A model generated the notes under the pieces. That model was not told where the DNA came from and did no database searches. It saw only the letters and a program-made list of their open reading frames with translations. DNA of 61,230 nt from an uncultured Lentisphaeria bacterium (lineage in GTDB: Bacteria > Verrucomicrobiota > Lentisphaeria > Victivallales > UBA1829), in assembly GCA_937900075.1 (NCBI GenBank), contig CALCCZ010000079.1, forward strand, positions 1 through 61,230. The letters are read 5' to 3'. Below are positions 8,694-18,830 of the stretch, piece by piece; positions within the stretch are counted from its first letter, which is position 1; every line of letters starts with the position of its first letter. A program made the position numbers and the translations under genes.

Positions 8694-9845
8694 ATGAAAA
8701 AATTTTTAGAATCCTGTGCGGATAAATGGCTTGCTTTTACCCCGAACGTGTATGAATGTACCCGGGTCAAAAAAGACGGCGTCAGATCTGTTTTTTACGA
8801 TGGAATCAATGGGACACGTGTTTTCGCTTTCATCGGATTGCCGGAGAATGCCTCAAAAGAACATCCCGTTCCCGCAATGGTTCTGGTACATGGCGGACTC
8901 GGTACCGCATTTTCCCAGTGGGTACGTTACTGGAATGAACAGGGCTTCGCGGCAATTTCCATGGATACCTGCGGGGCATTGCCGCTCCAGGAAGGCGAAC
9001 CGACAATCCCGGGCGATTATCCGCGTCACGAATGGTCGGGGCCCAAGGGCTGGGGCGCCATGCTGCAAGGAGACTGGGATCCGGAATATCAATGGTTCAC
9101 CCATGCCGAATCTGCCATTATGTTCGGACATAATCTGCTGCGCAGTATGCCGGAAATTGATCCGGACCGAATCGGTATTACCGGTGTCAGCTGGGGCGCG
9201 GTATTAACCTTGATTGCCGCCGGCATTGATCCCCGTTATAAGGCAGTTGTTCCCGTTTACGGCAATGGTTTTCTGCATGAGAATAACCGGAACAATAATG
9301 CAGACTGGCAGAAGATGGAAAGTCACGGCAAGGAATGGTGGGATGCGCAGTGGGACCCCCAGAATTTTATTTCCAAAATCAAAGCGCCGGTTCTCTGGTT
9401 TGCCAGTTCCAACGATTGGACCCTGTTCTATCCGGATTCATGGGAAAAATCAACCGAGCTGATTCCCGATGAAAAATGTGACCGGTGCATGAAAATCCGC
9501 TGGCCGCATGCTCATGGCGAATGCAGCGAAAAGCAGCCGGAAATTTTTGCATTCTGCCGACAGCATCTGATGAACGGTACTCCGAGAACCGTTTTGCAGA
9601 ACGTGCGGATCGAAAATGATAAACTCTGCTGCAGTTATACCGGGACGGAACCTTTTTCAGTGACCCTGTCCGTTACACGGGACCGGGATGAAAACTGGTT
9701 TGGCCGATATTGGGACTCCTACTCTGCGGCATACGATGAAAAAAATATTTCCGCCCGGCTGCCGGCAGATTGGGTAGCAGCATATATCACCCTTACCATG
9801 GCGGATATGCAAACCGTCACAAGCAAAATTGTTTTCCGTCCATAA
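8694..9845 (+). CDS. Alpha/beta hydrolase, acetyl-xylan-esterase / dienelactone-hydrolase-like
   Basis: GxSxG nucleophile elbow GVSWGA and an HGG oxyanion region (VLVHGGLG). The start is taken at MKKFLES, downstream of the namZ stop. Confidence 0.55.
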   Translation: MKKFLESCADKWLAFTPNVYECTRVKKDGVRSVFYDGINGTRVFAFIGLPENASKEHPVPAMVLVHGGLGTAFSQWVRYWNEQGFAAISMDTCGALPLQEGEPTIPGDYPRHEWSGPKGWGAMLQGDWDPEYQWFTHAESAIMFGHNLLRSMPEIDPDRIGITGVSWGAVLTLIAAGIDPRYKAVVPVYGNGFLHENNRNNNADWQKMESHGKEWWDAQWDPQNFISKIKAPVLWFASSNDWTLFYPDSWEKSTELIPDEKCDRCMKIRWPHAHGECSEKQPEIFAFCRQHLMNGTPRTVLQNVRIENDKLCCSYTGTEPFSVTLSVTRDRDENWFGRYWDSYSAAYDEKNISARLPADWVAAYITLTMADMQTVTSKIVFRP

Positions 9846-9854
9846 GGTGGCTCC

Positions 9855-10688
9855 ATGCAAAAAATATTTGAGAGGAAGCTGAACAACGGAATGATGCTGG
9901 AGATTGTCCGGATTATCTCGCCGGACGAGTGTCGCGGCAAACTCCAGCCGGATTGGGTTCTTTCCTTTTTTCAGCACAATTTACCGAAATGCTGGCAATT
10001 GTATTACGAGGATATCTTTGCGGGAAAAGTACAGGGAGTCCGGGATTACATGTATGCGGGACTGGCGGACGGTGTCCCCTGCAGCCGGATGTGGTTCGGA
10101 TACTCGGAACGGAACGGGTCCGGCAATTTCGGGAACGTGGAAACACTCCCGGAATACCGTCGGCGCGGAATCATGCGCGACCTGCTGAATCAGTGTGTAT
10201 CGGATATCCGCAAAAGCGGGGCGGTGTTCTGTTCCTGCGATGCTGCTCCCACGGCTGCCCCGGCATACGCATCAGCCGGATTTCAAAGGATATTTCCAGA
10301 GGGACAGCCGCCTATGGTATTTGTACAACCCCGGGCGGGTGCTTTCTCCGATATCGTCAAAAAAGCTTACAGCAGCACAGGAAATGCAAAAATCAGGCAG
10401 GGTACCTTGAGTGACCGCTTTGATTGCGACAAATTGCTGATGTATGCGCCGGAAGTTTACGGAAAAGTAATTCCGCGCAAAGACATTCCGATGTATCTTT
10501 CCCTTTGGCAGGAATATGTCTGCACCGGAAAAACCCGCGTTGCAGTATTGGAAACAGAAACCGGATTCTGTTCCGGATATGCTGCCTGGATTGATGGAGA
10601 GCCCTACTGTATTCTGCATCCGCATTTTGTTGCCTACAAAAACGATCTGACAGAAACAGCAAGAACGATTTTCAGCAGTGAAAAGTAG
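9855..10688 (+). CDS. GNAT-like acetyltransferase domain protein with extra C-terminal domain
   Basis: ETLPEYRRRGIMRDLL resembles the GNAT acetyl-CoA-binding motif A. About 130 extra residues at the C-terminus are of unknown function. Confidence 0.4.
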   Translation: MQKIFERKLNNGMMLEIVRIISPDECRGKLQPDWVLSFFQHNLPKCWQLYYEDIFAGKVQGVRDYMYAGLADGVPCSRMWFGYSERNGSGNFGNVETLPEYRRRGIMRDLLNQCVSDIRKSGAVFCSCDAAPTAAPAYASAGFQRIFPEGQPPMVFVQPRAGAFSDIVKKAYSSTGNAKIRQGTLSDRFDCDKLLMYAPEVYGKVIPRKDIPMYLSLWQEYVCTGKTRVAVLETETGFCSGYAAWIDGEPYCILHPHFVAYKNDLTETARTIFSSEK

Positions 10689-10694
10689 TCTGCC

Positions 10695-10722
10695 GGTCCG
10701 CAGAGTTTTATCTGCGGACTTG
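10695..10722. terminator. Hairpin between convergent genes (possible bidirectional terminator, no clear U-tract)
   Basis: TCCGCAGA-GTTTTA-TCTGCGGA, an 8-bp stem, nested inside a weaker outer inverted repeat. Confidence 0.3.
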
Positions 10723-10745
10723 AGTCACAGACCGGAGATGCAAAA

Positions 10746-13142
10746 TTACGCTTTCCACTTCTTCTTCAGCAGTTGTTCCGTAGCCATGGTATAACCACCG
10801 CGTTCATCCAGAGTGGCAGCCACATCTTCGCCCAATGCTTCCGGACGGAACGGGGTAAGCGGCATATCCGGGCAATCGGGAAGAACGACGATTTTGCCGG
10901 GGAATCTTCCGGCTGCCAAGGCTTCATATCCCTTCTTGGCAGCTTTGAAACCGGCAATGGCAGCGAGCGCACTTTGTGGCTCGAACTCATGAACCCCGGC
11001 TGCGCGAAGCGCGTCTTTCATATCCGGAGTAGAGCTGCCGGATGACCCGGTAAAACGTACATTGTCACGGATAATGCGTCCTACGGGAACTGCAGATGTT
11101 TCACCGGCAGGAATACCGGCAAAGACATTCAGGAGACCGCCGACAGCCAAATGCGGGCAGCACTGGTCCACGACCTTTGCGGACGGCACGAGGACGACGA
11201 TATCGGAAAACCCTTCCGGAGCGAAATCGTTTAATCTTTTTTCAAACTCTTCCGGAGACATTTCAGAGGGATTGCAGCAAACGAATTCAATTCCTTTTTC
11301 TTTCAGGCGGTCATTCAATTTTTCCTGCAAATGAGCAATTCTGCCGTTATCCATATCGGATACGAATATCTTTTTCGGTGCATTTTTAGACAGCATGGCA
11401 AGTTCCACATGCATTTGTCCCATTGCGCCTGCTCCGCCGGGGAACCAGGCAGCGCCGTTCTTCTGCAAATCGATTCTGCGTTCTTTTGCATAAGCGGCAT
11501 CCAATATTTTCCCGTCTGCTCCCTGATAAAAACGGTATTTATAGTGCAGTGCCCCGACATCGATTTTCCATTTTCCATTTCCGCAGTCACCGATAAAACT
11601 GACTACAGCCCGGTATCCTGCCAGTTTGACAGTCTGTTCTCCGAATTCCACGGATTTCAAATCTGCGCACACGACATCATCGAAATCTTCATTTTCGGGT
11701 AATTTTTCCAAAACACGAATGGGTTTTCCGAAGTCTTTTTCCAGGAAAGCAACAGCCTCCGGTGAAAAGTTCACTGCCGTAATCGCCGACTGCCCTTTGA
11801 ATCGGTCTCCCAGGGTATAGATTTCCGTATTGCCCGGCTCAGTAACCAGAAGCAAGGTACCATTTTCCTTGGGAGCTGTTCTGTGCGTGATGCGGTAGGC
11901 GGCGAGAACACAGGTCCAGGGTTCCAGCAATGCTGCGGACAAGGAAGGCAGATTATCCGGACAATCCAGCAAATAACTTTCCGTTTCACCTTCCCAGACG
12001 CGTCGGTCAATGATGGAATACTGCGTCAAACCGCCATCCATACCGTATCCGTATGCACAACTGCGTCCTTTGACAAAGACGTCGCATTGAATCAGGAATC
12101 TCTGACCCGGAGCATATTTTTTCGGGATATTCTTACCGGTCTTCACGATACTGAGAACCGCCTCATGTCCGATAATCAGGGGATTTTTCTTAAGGTCGTC
12201 ACTCCAGATCTTGGGATGCGATTCCCCTGCCCGGATAATTTTGATATCGGAAAAACAAAGTCCCAAAGCCTCCACTTTCGTCAGGATTTCATCATCGCCG
12301 GGCTCTGGGACATCCTGCAGGAGGGGAGCATCGTTATCGCCGAAATTTTCCATTCCGGCGCCGTAAAGACGCCAGGAAAGACGTTTTGCCGGAACAGGAC
12401 GCGGCCGGAGAGAACGTTTCTCCAGCAACGGCATAATGACATCCGGCGCATCGGTGGTAATGGTATCGACATCAAATTGCGTTGCGAAATCCAAACCTGC
12501 GGCATCATTCACGGGACAGATATCCACTTCCGTATTCAGATTGTGGAAAAAATCCACCTGTTCCCGGGTGATTATGGAGGAGAAAAGACACACCCGCATC
12601 GTCAGGTCATAAATACCGGATGCATCACCGGAATAGGCATTCTGAGGGAATCCCTGTAAACGCAGAGACGGCTCTAAAGTATGCAGATATTTCAGCTGGT
12701 CTGCGAGGAAAGACAGGACAACAGTCCGGTCGATGATACCGTATTGGCGGATGACTGCAAGGACGTGTTCTGTGCAGGCATTATCATTTTCCTTGAGTTC
12801 GATTAATATCTGCAAGTTCTGCGGAGCGGTTTGTGTAATCAAATCCAGTACTTCTTCCAAAGTCGGGATCTGGATTCCCTTGTGTTCGGGTCCCTTCCAG
12901 GATCCGAAATCCAGCTGTTTCAGCTGTTCCAGGGTATAATCGTGAACTGCTCCTTTTCCATTGCTACAGCGTTCCAGTGAATTATCGTGGGTTATGACTA
13001 AATGTCCGTCTTTTGTGGGATGCACATCAAATTCAATGGCATCTACCCCCAATTCGATAGCTTTCTGAAAAGACGGAAGCGTATTTTCGGGATAAAGGGA
13101 ACGGCAACCGCGATGTCCCACAACATAAAACGATCTGTTCAC
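10746..13142 (-). CDS. Tri-domain fusion: N-terminal glycerophosphodiester phosphodiesterase (GDPD), central Zn-type alcohol/polyol dehydrogenase-like (MDR) domain, C-terminal NAD(P)-binding Rossmann domain
   Basis: N-terminus VVGHRGCRSLYPENTL...EFDVHPTKDGHLVITHD is the GDPD signature. Mid region GLCFSDIKI...IIGHEAVLSIVKTG is a GroES-like ADH region with the GHE motif. Later WFPGGAGAMGQMHVELA is a GxGxxG-type fold. GTG start with CAGGAG RBS. Confidence 0.6.
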   Translation of the reverse strand: MNRSFYVVGHRGCRSLYPENTLPSFQKAIELGVDAIEFDVHPTKDGHLVITHDNSLERCSNGKGAVHDYTLEQLKQLDFGSWKGPEHKGIQIPTLEEVLDLITQTAPQNLQILIELKENDNACTEHVLAVIRQYGIIDRTVVLSFLADQLKYLHTLEPSLRLQGFPQNAYSGDASGIYDLTMRVCLFSSIITREQVDFFHNLNTEVDICPVNDAAGLDFATQFDVDTITTDAPDVIMPLLEKRSLRPRPVPAKRLSWRLYGAGMENFGDNDAPLLQDVPEPGDDEILTKVEALGLCFSDIKIIRAGESHPKIWSDDLKKNPLIIGHEAVLSIVKTGKNIPKKYAPGQRFLIQCDVFVKGRSCAYGYGMDGGLTQYSIIDRRVWEGETESYLLDCPDNLPSLSAALLEPWTCVLAAYRITHRTAPKENGTLLLVTEPGNTEIYTLGDRFKGQSAITAVNFSPEAVAFLEKDFGKPIRVLEKLPENEDFDDVVCADLKSVEFGEQTVKLAGYRAVVSFIGDCGNGKWKIDVGALHYKYRFYQGADGKILDAAYAKERRIDLQKNGAAWFPGGAGAMGQMHVELAMLSKNAPKKIFVSDMDNGRIAHLQEKLNDRLKEKGIEFVCCNPSEMSPEEFEKRLNDFAPEGFSDIVVLVPSAKVVDQCCPHLAVGGLLNVFAGIPAGETSAVPVGRIIRDNVRFTGSSGSSTPDMKDALRAAGVHEFEPQSALAAIAGFKAAKKGYEALAAGRFPGKIVVLPDCPDMPLTPFRPEALGEDVAATLDERGGYTMATEQLLKKKWKA

Positions 13143-13174
13143 TGCAACAAACTCCTGTTGAAAAGGTTAAACAG

Positions 13175-13202
13175 TAAAAAAAGCCGTCACGAGAATGACG
13201 GC
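13175..13202 (-). terminator. Intrinsic terminator downstream of ptsN (minus strand)
   Basis: On the minus strand GAGCCGTCATTCTCGTGACGGC is a 7-bp stem. It is followed by TTTTTTT. Confidence 0.55.
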
Positions 13203-13232
13203 TCTGAAAAAACAAACGGTCGGAAAGAAAAT

Positions 13233-13727
13233 TCAGCAGGAAAGAATATCCAGAATTTTCGCGCAATCATTGCCCGCCGCCATGATATCATCAATCACAT
13301 TATCGGACTTGAGTTTGGCGGAAATACTGCCGAGCAGTTTCAAATAGGCTTCCTGGTCGCTTTCATCGGCAGCGAGAAATACCACAAGGCGAATGGGCTG
13401 CCCGTCGAGACTTTTGTAGTCTTCTGCGGGAATCGGTTTCTTGCAGACGGCAACCACAACGAGAGGAGATGCAAAACCATTGACGCGGATATGCGGAAGT
13501 GCAAGTCCTTTTCCTACTCCTGTGGTCATCATGTGTTCGCGTTTCCAAACGAGGTCGCGAATCAACTCTTCATCCAGAGGGCAGCGGGTTGCTGCGTGTT
13601 GAATAATAGCCTCCAACACATTGATTTTGGAACTTTTTGCACCTTTCGCGTTTCTAACTTCTTTCGAGTCACCTTCCAGGACCAAAATGGAATCCTGTTG
13701 AAGATACTTTGCAAATTCAGGTTTCAT
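13233..13727 (-). CDS. ptsN: PTS EIIA-type-2 domain protein (nitrogen-regulatory EIIA-Ntr, PtsN-like)
   Basis: Active-site region GKGLALPHIR (phosphorylatable His), the EIIA fructose/Ntr fold and a size of about 160 aa. Confidence 0.7.
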   Translation of the reverse strand: MKPEFAKYLQQDSILVLEGDSKEVRNAKGAKSSKINVLEAIIQHAATRCPLDEELIRDLVWKREHMMTTGVGKGLALPHIRVNGFASPLVVVAVCKKPIPAEDYKSLDGQPIRLVVFLAADESDQEAYLKLLGSISAKLKSDNVIDDIMAAGNDCAKILDILSC

Positions 13728-13947
13728 ATTGCTTGTTTACCCTTTCCGTGGTTTAGGTTCTTGAAAGTAACTTTAACACATAACTTACAATATTTCAAGT
13801 ACTTTTTTCAATTTTTTAAGAAAAATAAACCAAAAATAAACAACTTCTGAAAATTCAGACGTCAAAAATACAAAAATCTGACATTTTTTTCAAAACTTGC
13901 GTATCTCTGTACAGATGAAATCGTTCTGAACAGACTCCAATATCAGA

Positions 13948-14385
13948 CTATCGGTTACCCGTTGAACCGAATCCGCCGGAAGAACGATCCGTTTCGGAAA
14001 GAACATCCGTTTCGGAAAGACAAACCGGTGTCAAAGCCGCTATCACCATTTGCGCAATCCGGTCCCCGCGCTGAATTTCATAAGGTTCTTCACCGGCATT
14101 AAAAAGAATACATCCGACTTCCCCGCGATATCCAGCATCAATGGTACCCGGAGAGTTCAATACGGTTACAGCATGTTTCAGAGCCAGACCGCTACGGGGA
14201 CGCACCTGCGCTTCATATCCAACAGGGAGTTCCAGAATCAGTCCGGTCGGCACAAGTACGGCTTTACCGGGCTGCAGGGTTATGGATTTTCTGGCTTTCA
14301 AATCGTATGCTGCATCATCCGGATGAGCTTTTACCGGTTTCAGGTCCGCAGCATCCTCACACATCTTAAAATTTACAGTTACCAT
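13948..14385 (-). CDS. dut: dUTP diphosphatase
   Basis: Conserved dUTPase motifs [26 protein letters not shown] and C-terminal GGFGSTG. RBS AAGGA. Confidence 0.85.
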   Translation of the reverse strand: MVTVNFKMCEDAADLKPVKAHPDDAAYDLKARKSITLQPGKAVLVPTGLILELPVGYEAQVRPRSGLALKHAVTVLNSPGTIDAGYRGEVGCILFNAGEEPYEIQRGDRIAQMVIAALTPVCLSETDVLSETDRSSGGFGSTGNR

Positions 14386-14402
14386 TGTTTATCATCCTTT
14401 TG

Positions 14403-14948
14403 TTATGCTTCGGTTAGGATTCCGTTTGTCTGCTCACGCATGACAGCAAACAATTTGGCAAGTTCTTCGCACAGCAGGGGAGTAAATTCAGCGGTATCCG
14501 AATTTTCCAATTTTTTCTGCAGGTCGGTAAGCTCAAAAAAAGCCACCGTCTCCACTTCGCTTTCCTGCGGATAAAAAGGGCCGTTGCAAACCGTCTTGAA
14601 AACACAAACATTTTCGGATTCGATCCGGTTCCGGACTTTCAGTTGGAAAAGATATTCCAATTCCCCGGAAGAGATACCGAGTTCCTCCCGCATTTCCCTG
14701 CGTGCTGCAACTTCAAATGTTTCTCCGGGATCCAGATGTCCGCCGACAGCCGTATCCCACTTACCCGGCTGAATATCCTTTGTCCACTTCCGTTTCTGCA
14801 GAAGGATACGTCCATCAGAATGGAACACGATAACGTGCACACTTCTGTGCAGCAGAGACGGATTACCGTGGCATTGACTCCGCAATGCCGTACCAATCAC
14901 TTCACCGGTGGTATCGTCTATAATTTCAAAAATCTCGCTGCCGCTCAT
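14403..14948 (-). CDS. NUDIX hydrolase
   Basis: Nudix box GGHLDPGETFEVAARREMREELGI. Confidence 0.75.
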   Translation of the reverse strand: MSGSEIFEIIDDTTGEVIGTALRSQCHGNPSLLHRSVHVIVFHSDGRILLQKRKWTKDIQPGKWDTAVGGHLDPGETFEVAARREMREELGISSGELEYLFQLKVRNRIESENVCVFKTVCNGPFYPQESEVETVAFFELTDLQKKLENSDTAEFTPLLCEELAKLFAVMREQTNGILTEA

Positions 14949-14951
14949 AAT

Positions 14952-17549
14952 TTACTGTCCGCATTTGAAAACCAGTTGTGAGTTCTCTACCAGCACACGA
15001 ATCGTGCTTTCCTTTTTATTCCCGTCGGAAAGAATGATTTCGGAAAGAGGATCCTCTATCCGCTGTTCCACTGCGCGTCTCAACGGGCGGGCACCATATT
15101 CCGGTTTGGCATCGTGTTCCGCTATAAATGAAGCCACATCATCGGAAAATTCCAATTTCATATTCTGTTCTGCAGCGCGTGCGGTCAGTTTGGAAAGTTC
15201 GATTCGGACGATGGTTTCGAAATCTTCTTTTTTCAGATTCCGGAACATAACGATTTCATCAATACGGTTGAGAAATTCGGGTTTGAAAGCCCGTTTCAGG
15301 GAATCCATCAGCGTATCGCGCTGTTTTTCGGAATCTCCGCCTGCGAGATTGCTCCGGAACCCTAACGTTCCGCCGTTTCCGAGTTTTTCCGCACCGATAT
15401 TGCTGGTCATGATTACAATTGTATTGCGGAAATCGACTTTTCTGCCTAAAGTATCCGTCAAATGACCTTCTTCCAGAATCTGCAGCAGGGTATGCATGAC
15501 GTCCGGGTGTGCTTTTTCGATTTCATCAAAGAGGACAACACTGTATGGTTTTCGACGTACGCGTTCGGTCAGTTCACCGCCTTCGCCGTGCCCCACATAT
15601 CCCGGCGGGGAGCCGACCAGGCGGGACACGTTGAATTTTTCCATATATTCGGACATATCGATTTGGATCAGGGAATCGGCACTGCCGAACATAAATTCCG
15701 CAACGGCTTTGGCGAGAAGGGTCTTGCCAACCCCGGTAGCGCCCAGGAAGATAAAAGAACCGATGGGACGTGCGGGGTCTTTCAACCCGGAACGGGAACG
15801 CCGTAATGCGCGGGAAACGGAGTGAACAGCCTCCATCTGACCAATCACCATTTTACCGATTTCCTGTTCCATTTTCATAAGTCTTGCAGCCTCGCCGTCC
15901 TGGAGTTCTGCGATGGGAACGCCGGAAAGTTTGGAAACGACAGACAGCATATCCTGTTCCGTGATTTCGGGCTGGTTTTCCGCACATTCGGCAAGCCATT
16001 TTTCCCGCATTTCACAGATTCTTTCATTCAGATCCCGTTCCTGATTACGAAGTTCAGCTGCCTTTTCAAACTGCTGTTCTTTCACTGCCGATTCCTTGGC
16101 TTTTTCGATTTCTTCCATTTCCTTTTCCAGTCGGAAAAAATCGGGCGCCTTCTTCGTACAGGCAATACGTGCCTGTGCGCCTGCCTCATCCATGACATCT
16201 ATCGCTTTATCGGGAAAATAACGGCCACTGATGTACCGTCCGGACAACCGGACTGCGGCTTCGATAGCAGCGTCGGTATAACGGACGTTATGATGTTTTT
16301 CGTAAACCGCCTTCAAACCGTTCAGTATGGCAATCGTGTCGGAGATACTCGGCTGTTCCACAAGAACACTCTGGAAACGGCGTTCCAATGCGGAATCCTT
16401 TTCAATTCCTTTCCGGAACTCATTCAGAGTCGTGGCTCCGATGCATTGCAGTTCTCCGCGTGAAAGAGCGGGTTTAATGATATTCGCAGCATCCATACTG
16501 CCTTCTGCACCACCGGCCCCTACAATTGTATGGAGTTCATCAATGAACAGAATGACTTTCCCGGAAGAACGCACTTCATCAATGACCGTTTTGATGCGTT
16601 CTTCAAACTGTCCGCGGTATTTTGTCCCGGCAACCATCAGTGGCAAATCCAAAGAGAAAATATGTTTGTCCGCCAGAATTTCCGGCACTTCATGTCTCGC
16701 AATCGCCTGAGCAAGACCCTCCAGAATAGCGGTTTTTCCAACTCCCGCTTCACCGATAAGAACAGGATTATTTTTGGTCCGGCGACAAAGAATCTGTATG
16801 ACCCGTCCGATTTCGAAACTGCGTCCGATAACCGGATCCAGTTCCCCGGCAGCCGCCATTTCCGTCAAATCTCTTCCGTAGGTATGCAGAGCATCCATGC
16901 TCTCTTCATCGTCCGGAGAAGATACATCTTCATCCATTTCCGGTGCATCTGGGCCACCGAATAAAGGCAACAGAAAATCCGGCAACATTTTGCCGGGATG
17001 TTTTCCCGTCTCTCCGGTATTTGCATCCTCTTCGGTTTCTTTTTCATCGTCTTCCGGAGCTTCATCATCAGTATCTGCACTATGCGCAGACAGCACATCC
17101 AGAATAATACGGCGGATTTTCTCAAAATTGACGCCCAGGGAGGTAAGGATGGAAGCGGCTCCACTCCCGCCTTCCCGCAAAATCGAAAGCAGAATATGTT
17201 CCGTTCCAATATAATTGTAGTTCATATTCCGGGCTTCCACCCGGGCCATGATAATAACTTTCCGCGCCCGTGCTGTAAACGGAGCATCACCGACCTGCAG
17301 CAAAGCCCCGCCCAAACCGGAACGCTGTTCTACTTCCATGCGCAGTTTTTTCAGATTCACCCCGGCAGATCGCAGGGCGTAAACTGCAATCCCCTCCCCT
17401 AATGCCAGAATTCCCAGCAGCAAATGATCCGTTCCGATATGGTCGTGATTCAAACGGGAAGATTCCTTCCGGGCAAGTTCAAGAGCCCGTTGGGAACGTG
17501 GCGTAAGATGGGCAAGACAATCCTCAAAACTGCTTTCTGAATAAGACAT
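14952..17549 (-). CDS. clpC: Clp/Hsp100 AAA+ chaperone, ClpC-like (two AAA+ modules, short middle domain)
   Basis: Two Clp_N repeats ([23 protein letters not shown]). Walker A motifs GEAGVGKT and GATGVGKT. A short coiled-coil linker between the AAA modules. An unusual acidic insert ([22 protein letters not shown]...) follows the N domain. Confidence 0.85.
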   Translation of the reverse strand: MSYSESSFEDCLAHLTPRSQRALELARKESSRLNHDHIGTDHLLLGILALGEGIAVYALRSAGVNLKKLRMEVEQRSGLGGALLQVGDAPFTARARKVIIMARVEARNMNYNYIGTEHILLSILREGGSGAASILTSLGVNFEKIRRIILDVLSAHSADTDDEAPEDDEKETEEDANTGETGKHPGKMLPDFLLPLFGGPDAPEMDEDVSSPDDEESMDALHTYGRDLTEMAAAGELDPVIGRSFEIGRVIQILCRRTKNNPVLIGEAGVGKTAILEGLAQAIARHEVPEILADKHIFSLDLPLMVAGTKYRGQFEERIKTVIDEVRSSGKVILFIDELHTIVGAGGAEGSMDAANIIKPALSRGELQCIGATTLNEFRKGIEKDSALERRFQSVLVEQPSISDTIAILNGLKAVYEKHHNVRYTDAAIEAAVRLSGRYISGRYFPDKAIDVMDEAGAQARIACTKKAPDFFRLEKEMEEIEKAKESAVKEQQFEKAAELRNQERDLNERICEMREKWLAECAENQPEITEQDMLSVVSKLSGVPIAELQDGEAARLMKMEQEIGKMVIGQMEAVHSVSRALRRSRSGLKDPARPIGSFIFLGATGVGKTLLAKAVAEFMFGSADSLIQIDMSEYMEKFNVSRLVGSPPGYVGHGEGGELTERVRRKPYSVVLFDEIEKAHPDVMHTLLQILEEGHLTDTLGRKVDFRNTIVIMTSNIGAEKLGNGGTLGFRSNLAGGDSEKQRDTLMDSLKRAFKPEFLNRIDEIVMFRNLKKEDFETIVRIELSKLTARAAEQNMKLEFSDDVASFIAEHDAKPEYGARPLRRAVEQRIEDPLSEIILSDGNKKESTIRVLVENSQLVFKCGQ

Positions 17550-17602
17550 AAACAGTCAACTCCTCATGCGATCGTAAAAAAAATACAAAGTTTCGGAAGA
17601 AC

Positions 17603-18436
17603 TCAATCTTCTTCTATGTCCGCCGTATCGCGGTAAGGCGACTTTTTGAAGTAATTCTTGTATTCCGACTCGGGATCGCGTGCGATTTCTTCCGCGACTG
17701 CCTTGTTTACCAGCTTGAATCTGCCTTCAAAAGCTGCCCGGGAATCACTTGAGACGTCTGATTTCAGGCTTTGGGATACATTTGGCAGCACAAACCATAT
17801 TTTTCCGTCGAAAACGAGGTCTTTATAGATCTGACAGGTTTGTGCGGGAAACAATCCATTCGGGAAGATAATGATGGCCTCCTGGGGAAAATTGATTTCA
17901 GCAGCCAATTGGGGTCTCGGCGGCAGATTTATAAAACTGATGTAGGCATTATAATCCGGATTTCCCTCAAAGGTCTCGTTGAAAGCAAGCGGCAGATACG
18001 TTGTGAAAGGCAACAGTAACCGGTTATCGTTGTCGCCCACAGGTGAACCGGGCTCGGCATTCCGCGGTTCCAGCACAAACTCTTCCACAGCTCCGTCATA
18101 TCCTTTTTTGAAGCCTTCCACGAAATTTTTATGCGGCACCTGCATTTGTTCCGGAAGTGCTCCGTCATATATCACAAGAACTTTTCCACCGGGCTTGACA
18201 TTTTTCAGTTCCATTCCCACGTACTCTCCCTGAATCACGTCATAGCTGTTCAGCTTCCCTACTGCTACATTGGAAGAACAGGATGTGCATTTCGGCAGAA
18301 CGCCCCCGATAAGAATACCTGCAAACATCAGAATTCCCGCAGCAATCTTCGGTCCTTTCACATTGCTGTTGCGTGTTTTGATTATGATGCAAATCGCAAC
18401 AATGAAGAATGGCAAAGAAAAAATCATGAACCACAT
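17603..18436 (-). CDS. Hypothetical membrane protein (two N-terminal TM helices, CTSCSS motif), same strand upstream of clpC
   Basis: Long ORF with GGGAGA RBS and hydrophobic segments FSLPFFIVAICIII and AAGILMFAGILIGGVL. No recognisable family. Confidence 0.45.
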   Translation of the reverse strand: MWFMIFSLPFFIVAICIIIKTRNSNVKGPKIAAGILMFAGILIGGVLPKCTSCSSNVAVGKLNSYDVIQGEYVGMELKNVKPGGKVLVIYDGALPEQMQVPHKNFVEGFKKGYDGAVEEFVLEPRNAEPGSPVGDNDNRLLLPFTTYLPLAFNETFEGNPDYNAYISFINLPPRPQLAAEINFPQEAIIIFPNGLFPAQTCQIYKDLVFDGKIWFVLPNVSQSLKSDVSSDSRAAFEGRFKLVNKAVAEEIARDPESEYKNYFKKSPYRDTADIEED

Positions 18437-18830
18437 TTTTCGTCTCCCCGATCGTTTGTTTATTGTTATTATCGTTCTTTAATATTCTAAACTCACGCAC
18501 AAATATAGCACACGTCAGACATAAATGCAAATGAGTAATGAAATAAAACTTCTTAACCGCTGAATTTTTGTTAATCAATCGTAATCAGGAATCAGTCCGT
18601 GAACAGTGGATTCGTTCAATCAATGGAATATAAAATTCCAAAAAAAGCGGAATATCGGTGATTTTTCTTTTTCCGGCAATGGAAAAACATTCATTATGTG
18701 CTATAGTATGTTCCATACAGCTTTTTCATAATCATTTTTTGCGTTCGGTTAACTTAAGGTGATTTGAATTTGCTGCGATTTCATTTCGTTTTCGAGTATC
18801 AAAATTAAAACTTTTATGAAGGAACCTCAA

